A stretch of 64,000 nucleotides of DNA from Octopus vulgaris (Eukaryota): the NCBI GenBank assembly GCA_951406725.2, contig OX597826.1, positions 22,692,001 to 22,756,000 of the forward strand, in the 5' to 3' direction. The translations under genes were made by a program, and so were the position numbers. Position 1 is the first letter of the stretch, and the number at the start of each line of letters is the position of its first letter. The notes beneath the pieces are model-generated. The model saw only the letters and a program-made list of their open reading frames with translations, had not been told where the DNA came from and made no database searches. This document shows positions 26,871 to 40,497 of this stretch, in pieces.

Positions 26871-27522
26871 CCCAAGGACTTACATAAACTTTAAAAGCGA
26901 AACTTCCCTCTTATCCTCAAGAGCGCAAGTATACATTAGCTAAAAGGCTGGTTGCATCATAAGTACAAGCGCCGGCTCTTTCTCCATCGCTGCTTCCCTC
27001 ACCACAAATGAAGAGTTAATATGTTTTCCCCTCACCCAGCACTTATATTTACTGGCGTATTCATATACATGCATATATATGACCATACATGTTTTAAAAT
27101 ATCCCTCTAACCTCTCTCTCATTCCGCTCCCCGCCCTACGTTTGAGCTTCTATTTCAAACTACCCTTTCCCCACTCACACACGACAATCAAATATCATAT
27201 AAAATTGGAGTAGACCTTTTTCCACCTAAACCATGGTTTGCAGATCATTTGCTAAAACAGACCAATCTAAAGGAAGATAACTCTAATGAGCTGAATGCGC
27301 CAGCTTTCTTCCTTTTGCTTCTGTGTGTATTCTTTTATCCACTAATTTTGTTCTGTTTTCTTATAAAAACTCTAACGCCCATAAACCGGAAGTGACATTT
27401 TCAGGTTCCACCAATAAAAGAGAGTGCAGGTCATATTTTCCATTCAGCCTTATCGGATGATTACTGACTTTGCCTCTCCATTTTCGGTATGAAACCATTT
27501 GGTAATTAATAAACAATAATAG

Positions 27523-27621
27523 GCATGCATGCATGCATGCATTCATACATACATACATACATACATACATACATACATACATACATACATACATACATAC
27601 ATACATACATACATACATACA
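27523..27621. repeat. (CATA)n microsatellite
   Basis: Direct inspection. Confidence 0.95.
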
Positions 27622-27868
27622 TGTGTGTATGTGTGATGCTACTCAGAAATACACACACACGTATTAACCAGATATATTTTCATAAAAATTACCAGTTTTA
27701 GTCATTAGACTGTGTTCATGCGAGAAAACTGCACTTAGCAAATTCTCGATAAGAAATGAAAATTTGTTGAGACACAAATGCTGCTAAAATAAACACGCGA
27801 ATATCACAAAACAAGGACAATGACCTACATAAGTGAAACCTTAGACATTAAAACAAATTGCTGTTCAA

Positions 27869-27910
<42 letters not shown>

Positions 27911-29019
27911 TTCTCCTTGGTTTCTTCATCTCTCTTCCTCATTCCTTCACCTCTCTCCCACTCTGTCTCCCCCCTCTTTCTTTCTATGTCAAAACACCTT
28001 TGCCTATCCTTTGAGGTGTTACATTAAACAGTAATACTCCTCTTTGGTCACGAAAGGCGTGTCAGCCAAGTCATTGTTGTTAACTGAAGGCCATCACTGA
28101 TTGAACAGAACGTCTTGATGTGACCGTCCCGCTTTTTTTTGTGTGTGTTTTTAGATATCTCTTTATGTCTCTGTGATACTGTAGAATGTAAGAACCTATA
28201 GAAGTTTGAGTAGCGAAGTAGAATAAATATTCTGTCGTGGAGAAGAGAAGTCTAACGCTTTGGAGAAATCTCTGAGTGGGGAGACTGATGGTACCTAGGC
28301 TAGAAATCTCCGACTACATATCCGATGTATCAGTAGAAATGTAGGTTCCAAAGTAATATCTAAGTTGATGTCATTAAAGTTTTAATTAACTTCATTAAAT
28401 TATGGTATGATGTTCGGAAAAAGAGAACCACAGTCGTCACTCGCAAGCGAATTTGATGTAGTAACATGTATCATGCCGGCTTTAATTATTTTAGGTGTCC
28501 CCGTTGTCGTGATCAGATGTAGTCGATCTCTCGGTCTTTCCACATTCAATCAGCGGAAAATCGAATATTACAGCTGGATGAACAGAGGTCTCCATAAACT
28601 CGGTATTCTTTTTTAACTAAGTAGAGCAACATGAGATGAAGTGCCTTTGTGAGGAGCATAACGCATCGCCCGGCTCAAAAATCGAACTTACGAATTTATT
28701 ATCGGAAGGCTAGCATCTAACTAGTCTTTTCACGCTGTCGATTACGTGTGTGTGTGTGTTAGGATGTACTTATGCATGTATTTATGTATGTCATTATTCA
28801 GTTTATTTCAAAATGTCTTGCCTATAGAGCCGGTTTCTCACTTGGATCCAAGGCTCCTTTATTAGAATTTCAGCATCAACAGGGTATTTTTGTAAGTATG
28901 TATGTAAGTGGGTAGGTATGTATATAAGCCTTAATAATGACAGGTATAAACCGAACTTGTAATTTGAATAGAGTAGCTGTAGATTCCTCAGTAGTACAGC
29001 GTAGGCTGTGCATGTACAC

Positions 29020-29692
29020 ATGTATGTATGTCCTTATTCAGTGAAATAGAATGTACATATTTTTCACTACATGAACCTCCAACAGCATCAACAACGAAGG
29101 AAAAAGAAAAGGAAATTATCACAGACCAAATTCCACCACAAGATCGAACAGTCAAAAGACCCGGAAAAAAACAAATGGCATATGGTAACATATACAAGAA
29201 ACACAGACATAGAAGGGAAATCACCAAATTTAAATCGGTGATAAGAGTTAAATTACCCAGAAGGTACAAAAGCAATTGTAATAGACAAAGAGAGATATGA
29301 GAAATTGGTGAAATGTTTTGGAAACAAAATAGATCCAATGGGGGTGAGAGTAGAGTTTGACGACCTACCGCCAGTTACAGATTACGACGACTTATTGCCA
29401 TATATAAAATGGTAAAGCGTGAATAAGCTTTAAAATTTTTTAGAGACTACACATACGATACTAAAAGGTAAAAAGGGGGTGGGGAGAAGGAAACAATGAT
29501 ATAAAAAACTTTGAATTAAAACAGTTAAATGGTACTGCTTGAGAGTGGGGTTCAAGCAGCCACTACATCCTCATTTAATTATTATCCATCTCTCATTCAT
29601 TCGTTTTATGTTTTTTGTCCCCACTGTGGTGTTCTGTCTGTCCTTGTGCTATCCCCCTCTGCGTCATGGCCTGTGTGCCAAATAAAAAATTA
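29020..29692 (+). mobile_element. 3' part of an L1/Tx1-like derivative
   Basis: Tail GTGGGGTTCAAG...GGCCTGTGTGCCAAATAAAAAATT similar to 31100-31248. Confidence 0.5.
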
Positions 29693-29699
29693 CAGTGGG

Positions 29700-31248
29700 C
29701 GTATTAGGCCTTTGAGTTGCGTTTGGTTAGTTATTGTTTGATGTCATTTTGTTGCAGTTGTTCCCTTTGGGATTTCCTCGTGTTTAAAAAATGTTAGTGT
29801 CTTTCGACACATTGTTCGCCTGATTAGGCTTGGTTCTCCTGTTGTTCCCCCGTTAGGGGCGAATTGTTTGCATTTTGTGTGGGAATTGTGTCCGCATAAA
29901 ATGACTAGTGTTTGTATGAAATGTTGGAGCTCCTGGAGAGCGTCGACTCTGAGTACAAAAGCGACTCAGAGGGAAGTGTGGAAGATTTTGAAGCAGCGGT
30001 CGGTAAAAGGCAAAGAAGATATAATATCAGGCCAGAGGCCGTGGAAAATTTCAACCAATTCTGCGGGGAGAAGGAGCAAATGTGTGATTAACTCCCCCCA
30101 CCAAAGAAGCCGCAGAGGAAACAAGGAAAAGAACAATAATTTATAGAACACTATCTCTCAAAACAAAGAAAATAGAGATAGCGTCTACCGAAGAAATTGA
30201 AAAGGCCCGAAAACCTATTTTGTTCAAGGTAACATTCATGAAAAGAGGAAAGAAATTCAGTACCGTGGAGGTACAATTAATGTCAGAATATGACGCCAGG
30301 GATTCTGCGGTCAACCTGGAGACGAACGAGCTGGCTCTTTTACCGTCATACCTTGGCAAAAGAACCACAAAAATCGCAATAGAAGGGTATCTGCCTGAAA
30401 TTAGATCGGTGTGGCTTCTGGCAGCCGCTTGCTCCAATATCAAGGAGGTGGTAACATTGCTGGAGTTCGAAGAGAAAAAAAACACAGAACTGGTGTGGCA
30501 GGAATCTTCGGGCGACAATTCAAGCCACACCAGCAGAACTGGAGCAAATTGCAGAATTTATAATTTTGCCGGATGAGACAACACTGAAAGTCTCGGTCCA
30601 GGGCAGAATACCAAGATGTTTCAAGAGCGGACTGAAGGTGCACATAAGGAAACCGTGCACCCTGACCCTTCAATCTGAAGCACAGGGAAAAAAGCAGGAT
30701 GAACAAATGGAAGAGCTAGAGAAGCCTAACGAGGAATCTTCAAGTGAGGAGGAAGAGAAGCAGGAAGAGTCGGAGAAGAAGGAGAATTGCGCGCCGGGGG
30801 AAGTTGGACCATCCATATCTACCGAGGTAGGTGAGGAAGAATGGTCAGTTCCAGGGAGGAAAAGGGAAAAAAATGTTCGTTCTCTTGCTCCAACAAACAC
30901 AAAAAGTTTAAAAACGAATGCACAAGAACAGATACGAACACAAACAAAATACCTTACAAATGCAGACAGCGAAAAGGATAAAGATACCCCCAAAAAGAAC
31001 ACCGAATATACAACACAGGCAACACACAGCGAGGACAAAGAAACAAAAATAAAATAACTGTTTTAAAAACTCTTTCTAAAAATGTTTAACGACGTTATCT
31101 GGAGTGTGGGGTTCAAGTTAACGTCGTTCCACCTTTTCATTTATCGTCACCATTCTTTTCATTAGATTTTATTTTCCTCCACTTTTGTGTTTTGTCTGTC
31201 CTTGTTTGTCCTGTCTATGTTAGGCCCTGTGTGGCCAATAAAGAAATT
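29700..31248 (+). mobile_element. L1/Tx1-like non-autonomous element: ORF1 remnant joined directly to the 3' tail
   Basis: ORFs 30220-30576 and 30566-31057 are homologous to ORF1 at 47981-48403 (GKKF.T.EV, P...G.RT.KI, V.GR.P.CF zinc knuckle remnant); ends CCAATAAAGAAATT like 47328-47340. Confidence 0.65.
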
Positions 31249-31494
31249 CAGTGGGCGAGGTACGCTGTTCGGGTCAGTCATGCAGGCGACAAAGGGCGTC
31301 GTTGTAATGCGGAACATATCAGTGTCGAGCAAGACACAACAGTGGCAACGAGAATTCGAACAGGCGCAAAACACAACAGTGATGAAGAAGTGAAAAGATT
31401 CGAACGACACGCAGTGAAAGATATTAAAAATCTTGTTGAAGAAGGATTCGAACTACACGCAGTGGAGAATATTATAAATCCCGTTGACTATTTT

Positions 31495-31725
31495 TCGAGC
31501 ATCTTCCGGAGCATTCAAGCTTTTCCAAGCAGCGCCGTTTTCTGCAAGAGCTCCACCCTTAATGCAGCCCCTATTTGTTTCATGTACTTCTCAAGAGTTT
31601 TGCTCACTGTTCCCAGGGCTCCGACAGTTATTGGTACTACTGCTAACTTTCTCATCGACCACAACTGCTTAACTTCCCAAGCTAACCTGTCATACTTCTC
31701 GACAGAGACCTCAAGAGACAACAAG
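31495..31725 (-). mobile_element. R4/Dong-like (RLE) LINE 3' fragment
   Basis: EKYDRLAWEVKQLW..VVPITVGALG..LQKTALLG. Confidence 0.8.
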
Positions 31726-32056
31726 TTGGAAGTTTATGTTGGTGTTATGCCTAGAGTGCCATATATTTGGTTTTGTACATAGTGTTGTTCTAGAGAATGT
31801 TTAAGAAACCATAAGAAAATTATGTTTGTTTTAAAACTTGAGATTACAGAGAAAGTATTTTGCGTAGGATATGGGCAGTTCCCATGAGTACAATCTTTTG
31901 AATTTCTGCCATTTTGGGGTTTCCTGGTATCTGAGCTAGGTAGCAATCAGCCCCTTTTGCTATCATTCCCAGGGCACCTATGACAACAGGTATTGTTTTA
32001 GTCTTCAGGTTCCACATTTTGCTAATTTCTATTTCAAGATCTTTATGTTTGCTCAT
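31726..32056 (-). mobile_element. Second R4/Dong-like LINE 3' fragment with 3' UTR
   Basis: KHKDLEIEISKMW..TIPVVIGALG..IQKIVLMGTAHILRKIL. Confidence 0.82.
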
Positions 32057-32059
32057 TTA

Positions 32060-32475
32060 TGTTCATTTAGTGTCTAATTAGGAATATCGTAACTAACTTT
32101 TAACTGGAACAGCTAGTGTATTAATACTTAGCTTGTTTTTTGCATTGAGCTTTGTTTTAAATATTAATCTTACTCCTCTATAGTATTCCTTCCTTATCTT
32201 CTCTTTCATTTATGTGTATCTAGTTCATGGATTCCTGAATATTTGTGTCTGGGTTTGATCTAATTCTCTTATTCCATTTTCTTTATCTAATATGATATTA
32301 TTACTCTTAACTAGTTTTCCTCTTTTCAAGGTTGCTTTGGCACATTTTTCTACGTCAAATTTCATATTTCTTTGGTAAATTCATGCACTGTCTGTAGTAA
32401 TATTTTCAGTTGTTTATCAATTGCTGCATACAGTTTTAGATCATCCATATACATTTTTTTCTAGATATTATTATT

Positions 32476-32546
<71 letters not shown>

Positions 32547-32910
32547 AATTACTATTATTGTTGTTGTTGTTATGCTTTCACACAGTTTTGGTGTTGTTAT
32601 TAGTTTTATTATGCTTGCTATCGAACATGTACTTGTAGTTTAGCACGAGGAACATTTTTTGTCTATTCTCTAAAAGCCTTTTTATTTTGTTCATACTTAT
32701 TCTTGCTTCATTTTGCGGACTTTCCAAATATTTATTACTGTATAGAGGTAAAGAAACTGCTTGTACACACCAAGTTAAGGTCTTTCTAAGGTTTTCTCTA
32801 AAATTTTCCGTTACATTTCCAAGGACCTTAACCATAACAGACAGGATCATAATCGTGTTAATATCTTGGTTCAAATATTTGAGGATTTCAGAATTCAAGA
32901 TGGTATTGTA
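32060..32910 (-). mobile_element. Older R4/Dong-like remnants around a (TAT)/(CAT)n tract (32467-32572)
   Basis: MKFDVEKCAKATLKRGKL-like RT segment near 32320-32385; degenerate C-terminus at 32720-32900. Confidence 0.5.
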
Positions 32911-33759
32911 GTGGAGCTCTTTTAGACATAAAGTAGATTCGAACCTGAATCGACAAATTTTTCATAACATTTCAACAGTATTTTTCTCACAGAAGAACAA
33001 TAGTGACAACAAGTTACATTTAGCATATGGCTCTAGCAAGTTGAATTATGTCTTTGCCACTTGACCTTTCCAACCTCTTCTACGCCATGAAAAGTTAGAA
33101 TTGAGATAACAGGTACACCCAACAAAATCCATTGTTCTCGACAATATGTCTCTCCTTCTAACTAGGTTTGGATAGTTATAAAAACTAGAATTTGGTAAGG
33201 CAAAATCAGTTAGGGAGAGCAACTGATAGAGAGCTGGCTGACTGTCTGAACGGCAACCATAGAATTAATCAAAGTAGAAGTTGTCTTATCCCACACTCTC
33301 TCACTTTCACTAGCTCACTTTCTTTTCTCTACAACATCACTCTGTCTCTATCCTTCTTACTGCTAGAATTACAAATGTGTACACACTTATACAAGAAGAA
33401 CTTAATTCTCTTAACCTCATATGCTTTACCACTTCTATTTTTACACACACCTTGCCCGTCGAGGCATGACATACTAAGTAACGGTAAATAAATAAATTTG
33501 AAGTCAACATCAACTTTGATCACTGTTCTTCTTTCATTTTGCACATCTGCAACAGCAACACCCGTCACAATCGCTAACTCCCAACAACCAACACTCATCA
33601 CAAATACCGTTACATTGGACGACCCACGACATAAAGAATTACCGCTTCCTGAGTATACAACCACCAGCTGATAACCATAACATACTCATATCCGTTACAT
33701 TGGTGATCACTGACACTACCTAACAATCCGTTACAGTATAATACCTTGCTTTTTATAAT

Positions 33760-34980
33760 TTTTTTCTTTTGCTTCACTTTGCAATTAAATGGAGATATCG
33801 CATCGAATTCGTATTTATAAACGATTGCAATATCCAACATCTTGTGTTCTTTTCTCCTTTTTGTCTGCGTAGAAAAGTCCCACAACAACCTCACTTCATC
33901 GTTTTCGATGACTTTCATTCCTATTCTCACGAAAGAGGTCATAACTCTTTTCTATGTTGGCTAAAATTTGTTCCGTTTTCAAGTACCACGTCATTTCAAT
34001 CTTATCTCCAAATCTTTGTATTTACACAGTTTTTCAAATTATTTTACTGTTTTTATCTGATCAGATACGCATATCAATTAATTTCCAGGTTTTTACCTTT
34101 CCTGTCCTTAATAATGACATCTGGTGCCTCTTTTCTTGAATTGTCCGCTCTGAGCTAAATGGGAAATCTAAAAGTATTGTTATATCGTTTCATTACTGCT
34201 TCTGGGTGGGGTTCAGGCCAGTTTATGGTTATTTTGCAGTGGTTATATAGGTTTCAGCGCAGGTGACTCCATTCTCTTGCGGTGGTTCTTATATTAATTT
34301 GGTGAATGTTAATAAGAAATAAGATGGTCAATTGTTTCATCATATTAGTCACGAATCCTGCATTTTTTAAGTTATTGGTTTTCGCTGTTCCTAATAAGCA
34401 AGCTTTGGTCTCGTGCTGTCATTATGAGTCTTTCTGTCTCTACTTTTAGTTTTGAGCTCCTCAACTACTGATGGTCCGTTTTCTGGTTTCTATCGGTGTC
34501 TTTGCCTCGGAGTATATACTGTTATACTGTCCATACAAACGTTTTTGTCCCTTTTGGATTTCGACATATTCTTAACCTTGCATTTTCGCTTGTACAGTGA
34601 TAATTGTACCCCGTAGATCACTTATTTCAACGAGTAAGCAGAATTTAGCGACGTATGTTCTATATTCTTTTGCTATTGAGCTGACATTTTTGTTGCTTTC
34701 ATGCTCTAAATCTGTTGTGTTATCAAGCAGGGATACCTGTGTACGTAGAGTCCTGTGCTGCATCCTCCCTATTGTTGTTTTATACAACTGTTCATGTTGC
34801 GTAATTTCTTTGCCTTTCTTGTTTCACTACAAGCAAAGACGATCAACACCATCTTGGGTTGACGAATTTTAATGTATGTCAATATCATTCTGATTTCCTT
34901 GTTTATCTGTTTAATTTCGCTTTTTTCCAAGTTGTCGATGTTATAGCTATAAGTTACAAATGGGACGACCAGGGTGCAAG
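33760..34980 (-). mobile_element. Degenerate R4/Dong-like LINE
   Basis: KVIENDEVRLLWDF motif; AQDQSL-like motif near 34400-34420; many stops. Confidence 0.55.
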
Positions 34981-35185
34981 TGCAAATTAAAGTTACAAAA
35001 TCTTTTTAAGGTGTGAGCATACAACGTTGCTAGTAGAAGAATTTCTCCAAAAGTAGATCTCGATATACTGAGCCAGATCATTTCAACACTAATTGAACAG
35101 TATTTACTTCAATTATTTCCTCCATTCATAGAAATTAATGCCACAGCTTCACTGATCACTTGAGTTTCTCGAGTTTATTTAGAAG

Positions 35186-35327
35186 CACTAGTTAAGTGCG
35201 GGGGGCGTAAGGGTGGTCTCCCCGGGTGGCACATTTGGGTCTGCTGTAAGCAATATGTTTTGTGTGGGGTCCGGGAGCGGCAAACGGAAGGGCCATCCGG
35301 ACGGCATACACTCTAGCGACGCTAGTG
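35186..35327. mobile_element. Small hAT-like MITE
   Basis: Ends CACTAG / CTAGTG; 8-bp flanking repeat TTTAGAAG / TTTAGAAA; GC-rich interior. Confidence 0.55.
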
Positions 35328-36963
35328 TTTAGAAACCTAGGAAAGCCTACATTTTTGTAGCAATATTAGTTAGCAACACCTTTCTTTTTTAATATTATTA
35401 GTGTTGTATGAGTATTTGTGTGTGCGTGTTTATGCATGCATGCGTGCTTTTCAAAATTTGCTACTTTGCCAAGTTATTTTCATATTTAGGTGACCCAGTC
35501 TATTCCATATGTCATATGCTGAGTGGGTTGTAGATTGAACAAAAAGCAAAATAAATTACAAGCAAAACGAATTACAATAGAAGTATATTAAATACATACT
35601 TACTTAGCAACACAACTTATTTCAGATATTGATGGTTATAATTGACAGAAAGTAAAAAATACATTCAATTTTTTATCACGTGCGCAGAGAAGAGAAAAGT
35701 TACCTTTTGTTATCTTTTTTGTTAAATATAGAGCGAAATATTTCTTCCAATTACATAATGCAATGGTAGAAAAGTACACTTCAAACGTAGCTCAACTTGC
35801 TTTTAAAGGTCTTCTTTTTTATTACTCTTAAAAAATGAAGATAAACCACTATATAGTTACTATTTTGCAACAAACTACTGTCGTTCATTACTTGCTTTAC
35901 TAAAATCTCCGAATAATAATTCAGATTTAGAATCTTTAAAAAATCTCTATGCATTGGCATACACTTCACATACTTATGTCATCATAAACCGTACACTTTT
36001 ACAGCACGTTGCTGACACTACAACGAAAGTTTTTTTTCCGATTAAGCAGATGAAGCCAAAGCGTTACTTCACGCTTGATAGAAATATTGGAGTGGTTTAC
36101 CATTGCCTTCCCCAAATGGATGGCCGTTGGCCCACAAGGAACTCGTCCGGCCTTCGACAGATCTTATTTTTAGTTCTTCTGGCTGTCCAGACACCCTCCT
36201 CATAAGAGTAGTAAGTTACTCAAGTGGGGGAGCAGGTTTAGTCATCCATTCAGTTGACAATGAAACAGGCAGCATTTGTTTACATGCTACCAGATTCATT
36301 TAACCGACTGTTTTTTTTTTAAATCATCTCTGACTTCCCCACTCTCTCTCATGCGCTCTCCTTCGCACTATGCATTTCATCTCTCCCTCCCTCTCTCTCT
36401 CTCTCTTCCTCTTTATCTCTTTGACATATTTATTATTTTTTTGTATTTATTCGTATATCAATTTTACTTTAAGATATTGTTTATGTATCTTTTGTTTAAT
36501 CCTTTTATGGTTGCCCAACTTAGTATTTCCTCCCTTCTTTCTGCCTTTCTTTCTTTCTCTTCTGTTTTCCATTCTTCTTTCTTCTCTCTTTTTCCTTTCT
36601 TTATCCTCTTTCTTTCTCTTTTCTCACTTCTTTTTTTTCTTGTTTCTTAGTCAATCTTTCTCTTTATCTTTCTCTACAAACTGCTTTCTTTCCAATTCCC
36701 TCTCAAAATATTTATAAAATGCTTTGCCGTCTTACCAACTCTAGACATTACGTTCTCTGTAACATAATGCACTAAAGTGTCTCCTGATTATCCGCTGTGG
36801 TTAAGCATTCAAATGCACTTGGAACATCCAATGCAGAGTTTCAAACAACCACAATGGTGTAACGTACGTAGGAGTTGTTAATATAAACTTATGTCTATCA
36901 TAATTTCTCAATCACGCATACATATATGTACACACAAATACGCACATATATGTACACACAGGT

Positions 36964-36964
<1 letters not shown>

Positions 36965-37051
<87 letters not shown>

Positions 37052-37198
37052 GTACAGACACACATAAACACATGTATGTATGTATGCATGCATGTATGTA
37101 TGTTTGTATGTATGTATGCATGCATGTATGTATGTATGTATGTATGTATGTATGTATGTATGTATGTATGTATGTATGTATGTATGTATGTATGTATG
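36965..37198. repeat. (TA)n(GA)n and (TATG)n microsatellites
   Basis: Direct inspection. Confidence 0.95.
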
Positions 37199-37252
37199 CT
37201 ATTGCATTCATCCTTTTGTCCCTTACCCTTACTTTCGCGGGTATTTTTGCCT

Positions 37253-38400
37253 GCTTGCTGTAGTCGTCGGCAAAGTTTTATCAAGGATAATGTTGGAACG
37301 GCAGCAGATATATGTGGCAAATGAGATTCTTCCTGAATCACAGAGTGGATTCAGAAATGGTAGTGGTACTGTTGACATGATCTTCTCTGCACGGCAGTTA
37401 CAAGAAAAGAGAGTGGAACGGCAAATAGAACATTATCAGGTATTCATTGATCTTACCAAAGCTTCTGACGCTGTCAATTGAACTGCCTTGTGGGAGATCA
37501 TGGGGAGACTTGGATGTCCGGTAAAGTTTCTCCCTATTCTGAAACAGTTTCATGATGCCATGGAAGAAAAGATCAATATTGGTAGAACGCTCTCGGAGCC
37601 TATTTCTGTCATGAATGGGGTAAAACAAGGTGACACCCACTCTCTTCACTCTCTATTTTACTATAGTTTTTCAATTGGCTTTCAAAGGTTTCTATGAAGG
37701 TATATATATCAGATATCGCACAATAGGAAAACTTTTTAACATCAGAAGACTGTCAGCTAAGTCAAGGACGTCCTCAACTCTTATTAGAGACCTCCTCTAA
37801 GCAGATGATTGTGATATTGTCACTCATACTGAAGAGGACATGCAAAATTTTATGAATGCAATTTCAATGGCTTGTGAAGCAATTGGCTTAACCATAAATC
37901 TAACCAAAACTGTTGTCATGTTTCAGCCAGCACCAGGAATACCATACATAGAAGCTGATATCTTCGTGTATGGAAGAAAACTTGCTGTGGTTCCTAAGTT
38001 TGTTTACTTAGGGAGCACACTAAATACATCAGTGAATCTTGATGATGAAGTGTCACTACGCATTCAGAAAGTCAGTTTTGCTTTTGGCAAACTGGAAGCC
38101 CGTCTATGGTCTAGACACGGCATTTCCACTGCGACAAAGATTAAGGTATACAATACATGTATCTTAACCTCTATATTGTATGCTTTCGAAACCTGGACTG
38201 TGTATCGTAAGCACTTAAAACTTATGGAACGTTTTCATCAACAATGTCTCAGAAGGATTTTGAGTATCAGCTGGGAAATGTTTGTAAGTAACAATGAGGT
38301 GTTTGAAAGAAGGAAATGATTCAGTATTAAAGCTTTGCTATTACATTACAAATTGAGATGGAGAGGACACTTAGTCAGAATGGCAGACAACAGAATGCTG
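37253..38400 (+). pseudogene. RTE-clade LINE reverse transcriptase fragment
   Basis: GKVLSRI, LPESQSGFR, DMIFSARQLQEK, FIDLTKA, GVKQG, (stop)ADD, FVYLGS, ERFHQQCLRRIL. Confidence 0.9.
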
Positions 38401-39695
38401 CCAGGTCTTCTTGGATTAAGATCACTATTTCTCTTTGTTTCTGTATTCTGTGGTCAGTTCTGAGTAGTATATAAACTGATATATGTACTTCTGCATCCAA
38501 TACATCTGGGGTCAGGTGCGCTTCACTTAGTGCTACACATATTGTCCTTTCTCACTGTACAAACTCTCTCTCTCTGTGCAAGGTCCTTAAGATATGATGC
38601 TTTTGTTTTATTGGTGAAGTGTGAAAGCCCTCGTACAGTCGGTATTATTATTGAGTTGAGTTTGTCGGTTAATGACAGCAATGGTATAGCTGTGCACTGG
38701 AATAATAGCAGTGGTTGGTGCTGTGTGAAAGCCAGAAGTTTTTTCGTTTTGTTTATTTCTTTCCCCAGATTCATCATCGCTAAAAAAGAATTTTCTTGTT
38801 TTGTAGCGGTGTGCGGAGTTGTACAGTCACATATCAGAAGGTACAGTCACATATCAGAAATATTCTTTTGTGTTGGAAATAGCAACAGATTTTGGGATTC
38901 CGAGTTACATGTTTAGAAGTTATCAAGTGTGATTTAGCATTTAGTGGTGGTGGTGGTGGTGGTGTAAGATGTGTGGTATTACTTGTACAAATTGTGCGTC
39001 TTGTCCCAAGTAAATGGGTAGAGTTGCAGTCACTGCGTAAGCAAAATCTCTTTCGTGTGTTCATAATTTTATTTTATTTACAGTTGGCAGATTTATCATG
39101 GAACTGTCAGGTATACGTTCAGATGGAGGTGGACAGTGGGGGGAGGGTGTAGTGATTCTTCATTAATTGGATTAGTAGTAGTTGTGGTAATGGTAGAGGC
39201 ATTACAATAGGATGTCAATGGTGATCATGGATCTCTTGTATCATTCTGAGAAGAATTTGAGTGGCCTGACTGTGGAAAAGAGCTAGGGATTGTGTTGTTT
39301 AATGGGTCATCAATTGTGCTAGTACTGAAGAGTAACTTATGATGCTGATCTTGTTGCTACTGTTGTGGTAAGGGTAGTATCAGAAAAGCATGATGGCAAT
39401 AATGATCAGGGGCCAGTTATGGTATTCAGAGGAAACGAGGAAGTGGATAGCTAGACTGTTAAGAACTCATGAGTGTGGAGTTTAATAGGTTATCAATTGT
39501 TCTAGAACTGAAAAGTGACTTCCAATACTGATCTTGTTGTTGCTATTGTTTAGATGTCGCAAGCAGTAGAACATGATGATAATGACGATGATAGGTCACT
39601 TGTGGTATTCCGAGGAAATGAGGAAGTGAATAGCCGAATTGTGAAGTTTAATAGTTCACCAATTGTGCAAGTACTGAGGAGTGACCGTGGTTGTT
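38400..39695 (-). mobile_element. Degenerate 5' part of a CR1/L2-like LINE (start of APE plus upstream repeat region)
   Basis: Minus strand 38640-38400 gives VRGLS..LSEAHLTPDVLDAEVHISVYILLRTD, similar to the APE start at 3070-3250; upstream extent inferred. Confidence 0.55.
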
Positions 39696-39701
39696 ATTTA
39701 T

Positions 39702-40497
39702 GGATCTAGGACTTTTCGTCTAAAACACTTCGGTCTAATGTGCTATGGTCTAAAGAACTTTGGTCTAAAGTGACTTTTCTATAAATACACTATAGGCTAA
39801 AGGCATTTTTGTCTAAATGCCCTTTAGTATAAAGACATTTTTGTCTAAACTCACTTTGGTCTAATAACTATTTTGTCTATAGAATATTTAAAAAAATGTA
39901 AAATGATCTAAATAACTATACTCTAATAATCCTTTTTGTACAAAATATCGTCCAGTGATTATTTTGGTATAATGACTTGTTTGTTTTACGACACTAACTG
40001 CATAAATAATTTCTGATGTCCCAAAAGGTTCCAAACCACTGCTTCTTACCAATGCTTGCATCACTCGAAATCTTCGAAAAGTAAGAAATAAACAGCTTTC
40101 CCAGCTTCCAACATCATTGGCTGATACATCATTGGCTGATGTGCAATGCAGATAACCATGGGAGGAGAAAACTGGCTTGTACATGATAGTGGAGAAGATG
40201 ATCAAGAGAGAATTTTGATTTTTGCAGCACCATCATCCTTGCAAAAGCGAGGTTCATCAAAACACTGGTTCGGTGAAGGGACTTTTGAAACATGTCCTAA
40301 CACCTTTTAGCAAATTTTACAATTCATGCTGAAATCCACGGTGAAGTACATCCTCTTGTTTTTGTATTGCTACCTGGAAAGTCAGAAGAAATTTACGTTA
40401 AAATGTTGTATGCTCTTGTAGAAGGGATGGAAGCTCACAGAATTGAAAATAACATAACAGAGGTGAGCATAGACTTTGAACTGGCAGCTCGAAATTT
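39702..40497 (+). mobile_element. MULE/Mutator transposon remnant
   Basis: Subterminal array of TTGGTCTAA-like units (39710-39920); DSG..DQERILIFA, WFGEGTF..CP, HPLVFVLLPGKSEEIY, IDFELA. Confidence 0.8.

Noticed and set aside
27620-28990. Possible host exon or old SINE remnants
   Set aside because: No recognisable protein motif or splice-supported ORF; remnants too decayed to assign
32421-32603. Poly-histidine ORF
   Set aside because: (CAT)n microsatellite
39710-39920. Short regularly spaced repeats resembling a CRISPR array
   Set aside because: Degenerate 9-10 bp units in a eukaryotic MULE subterminal region; no cas genes
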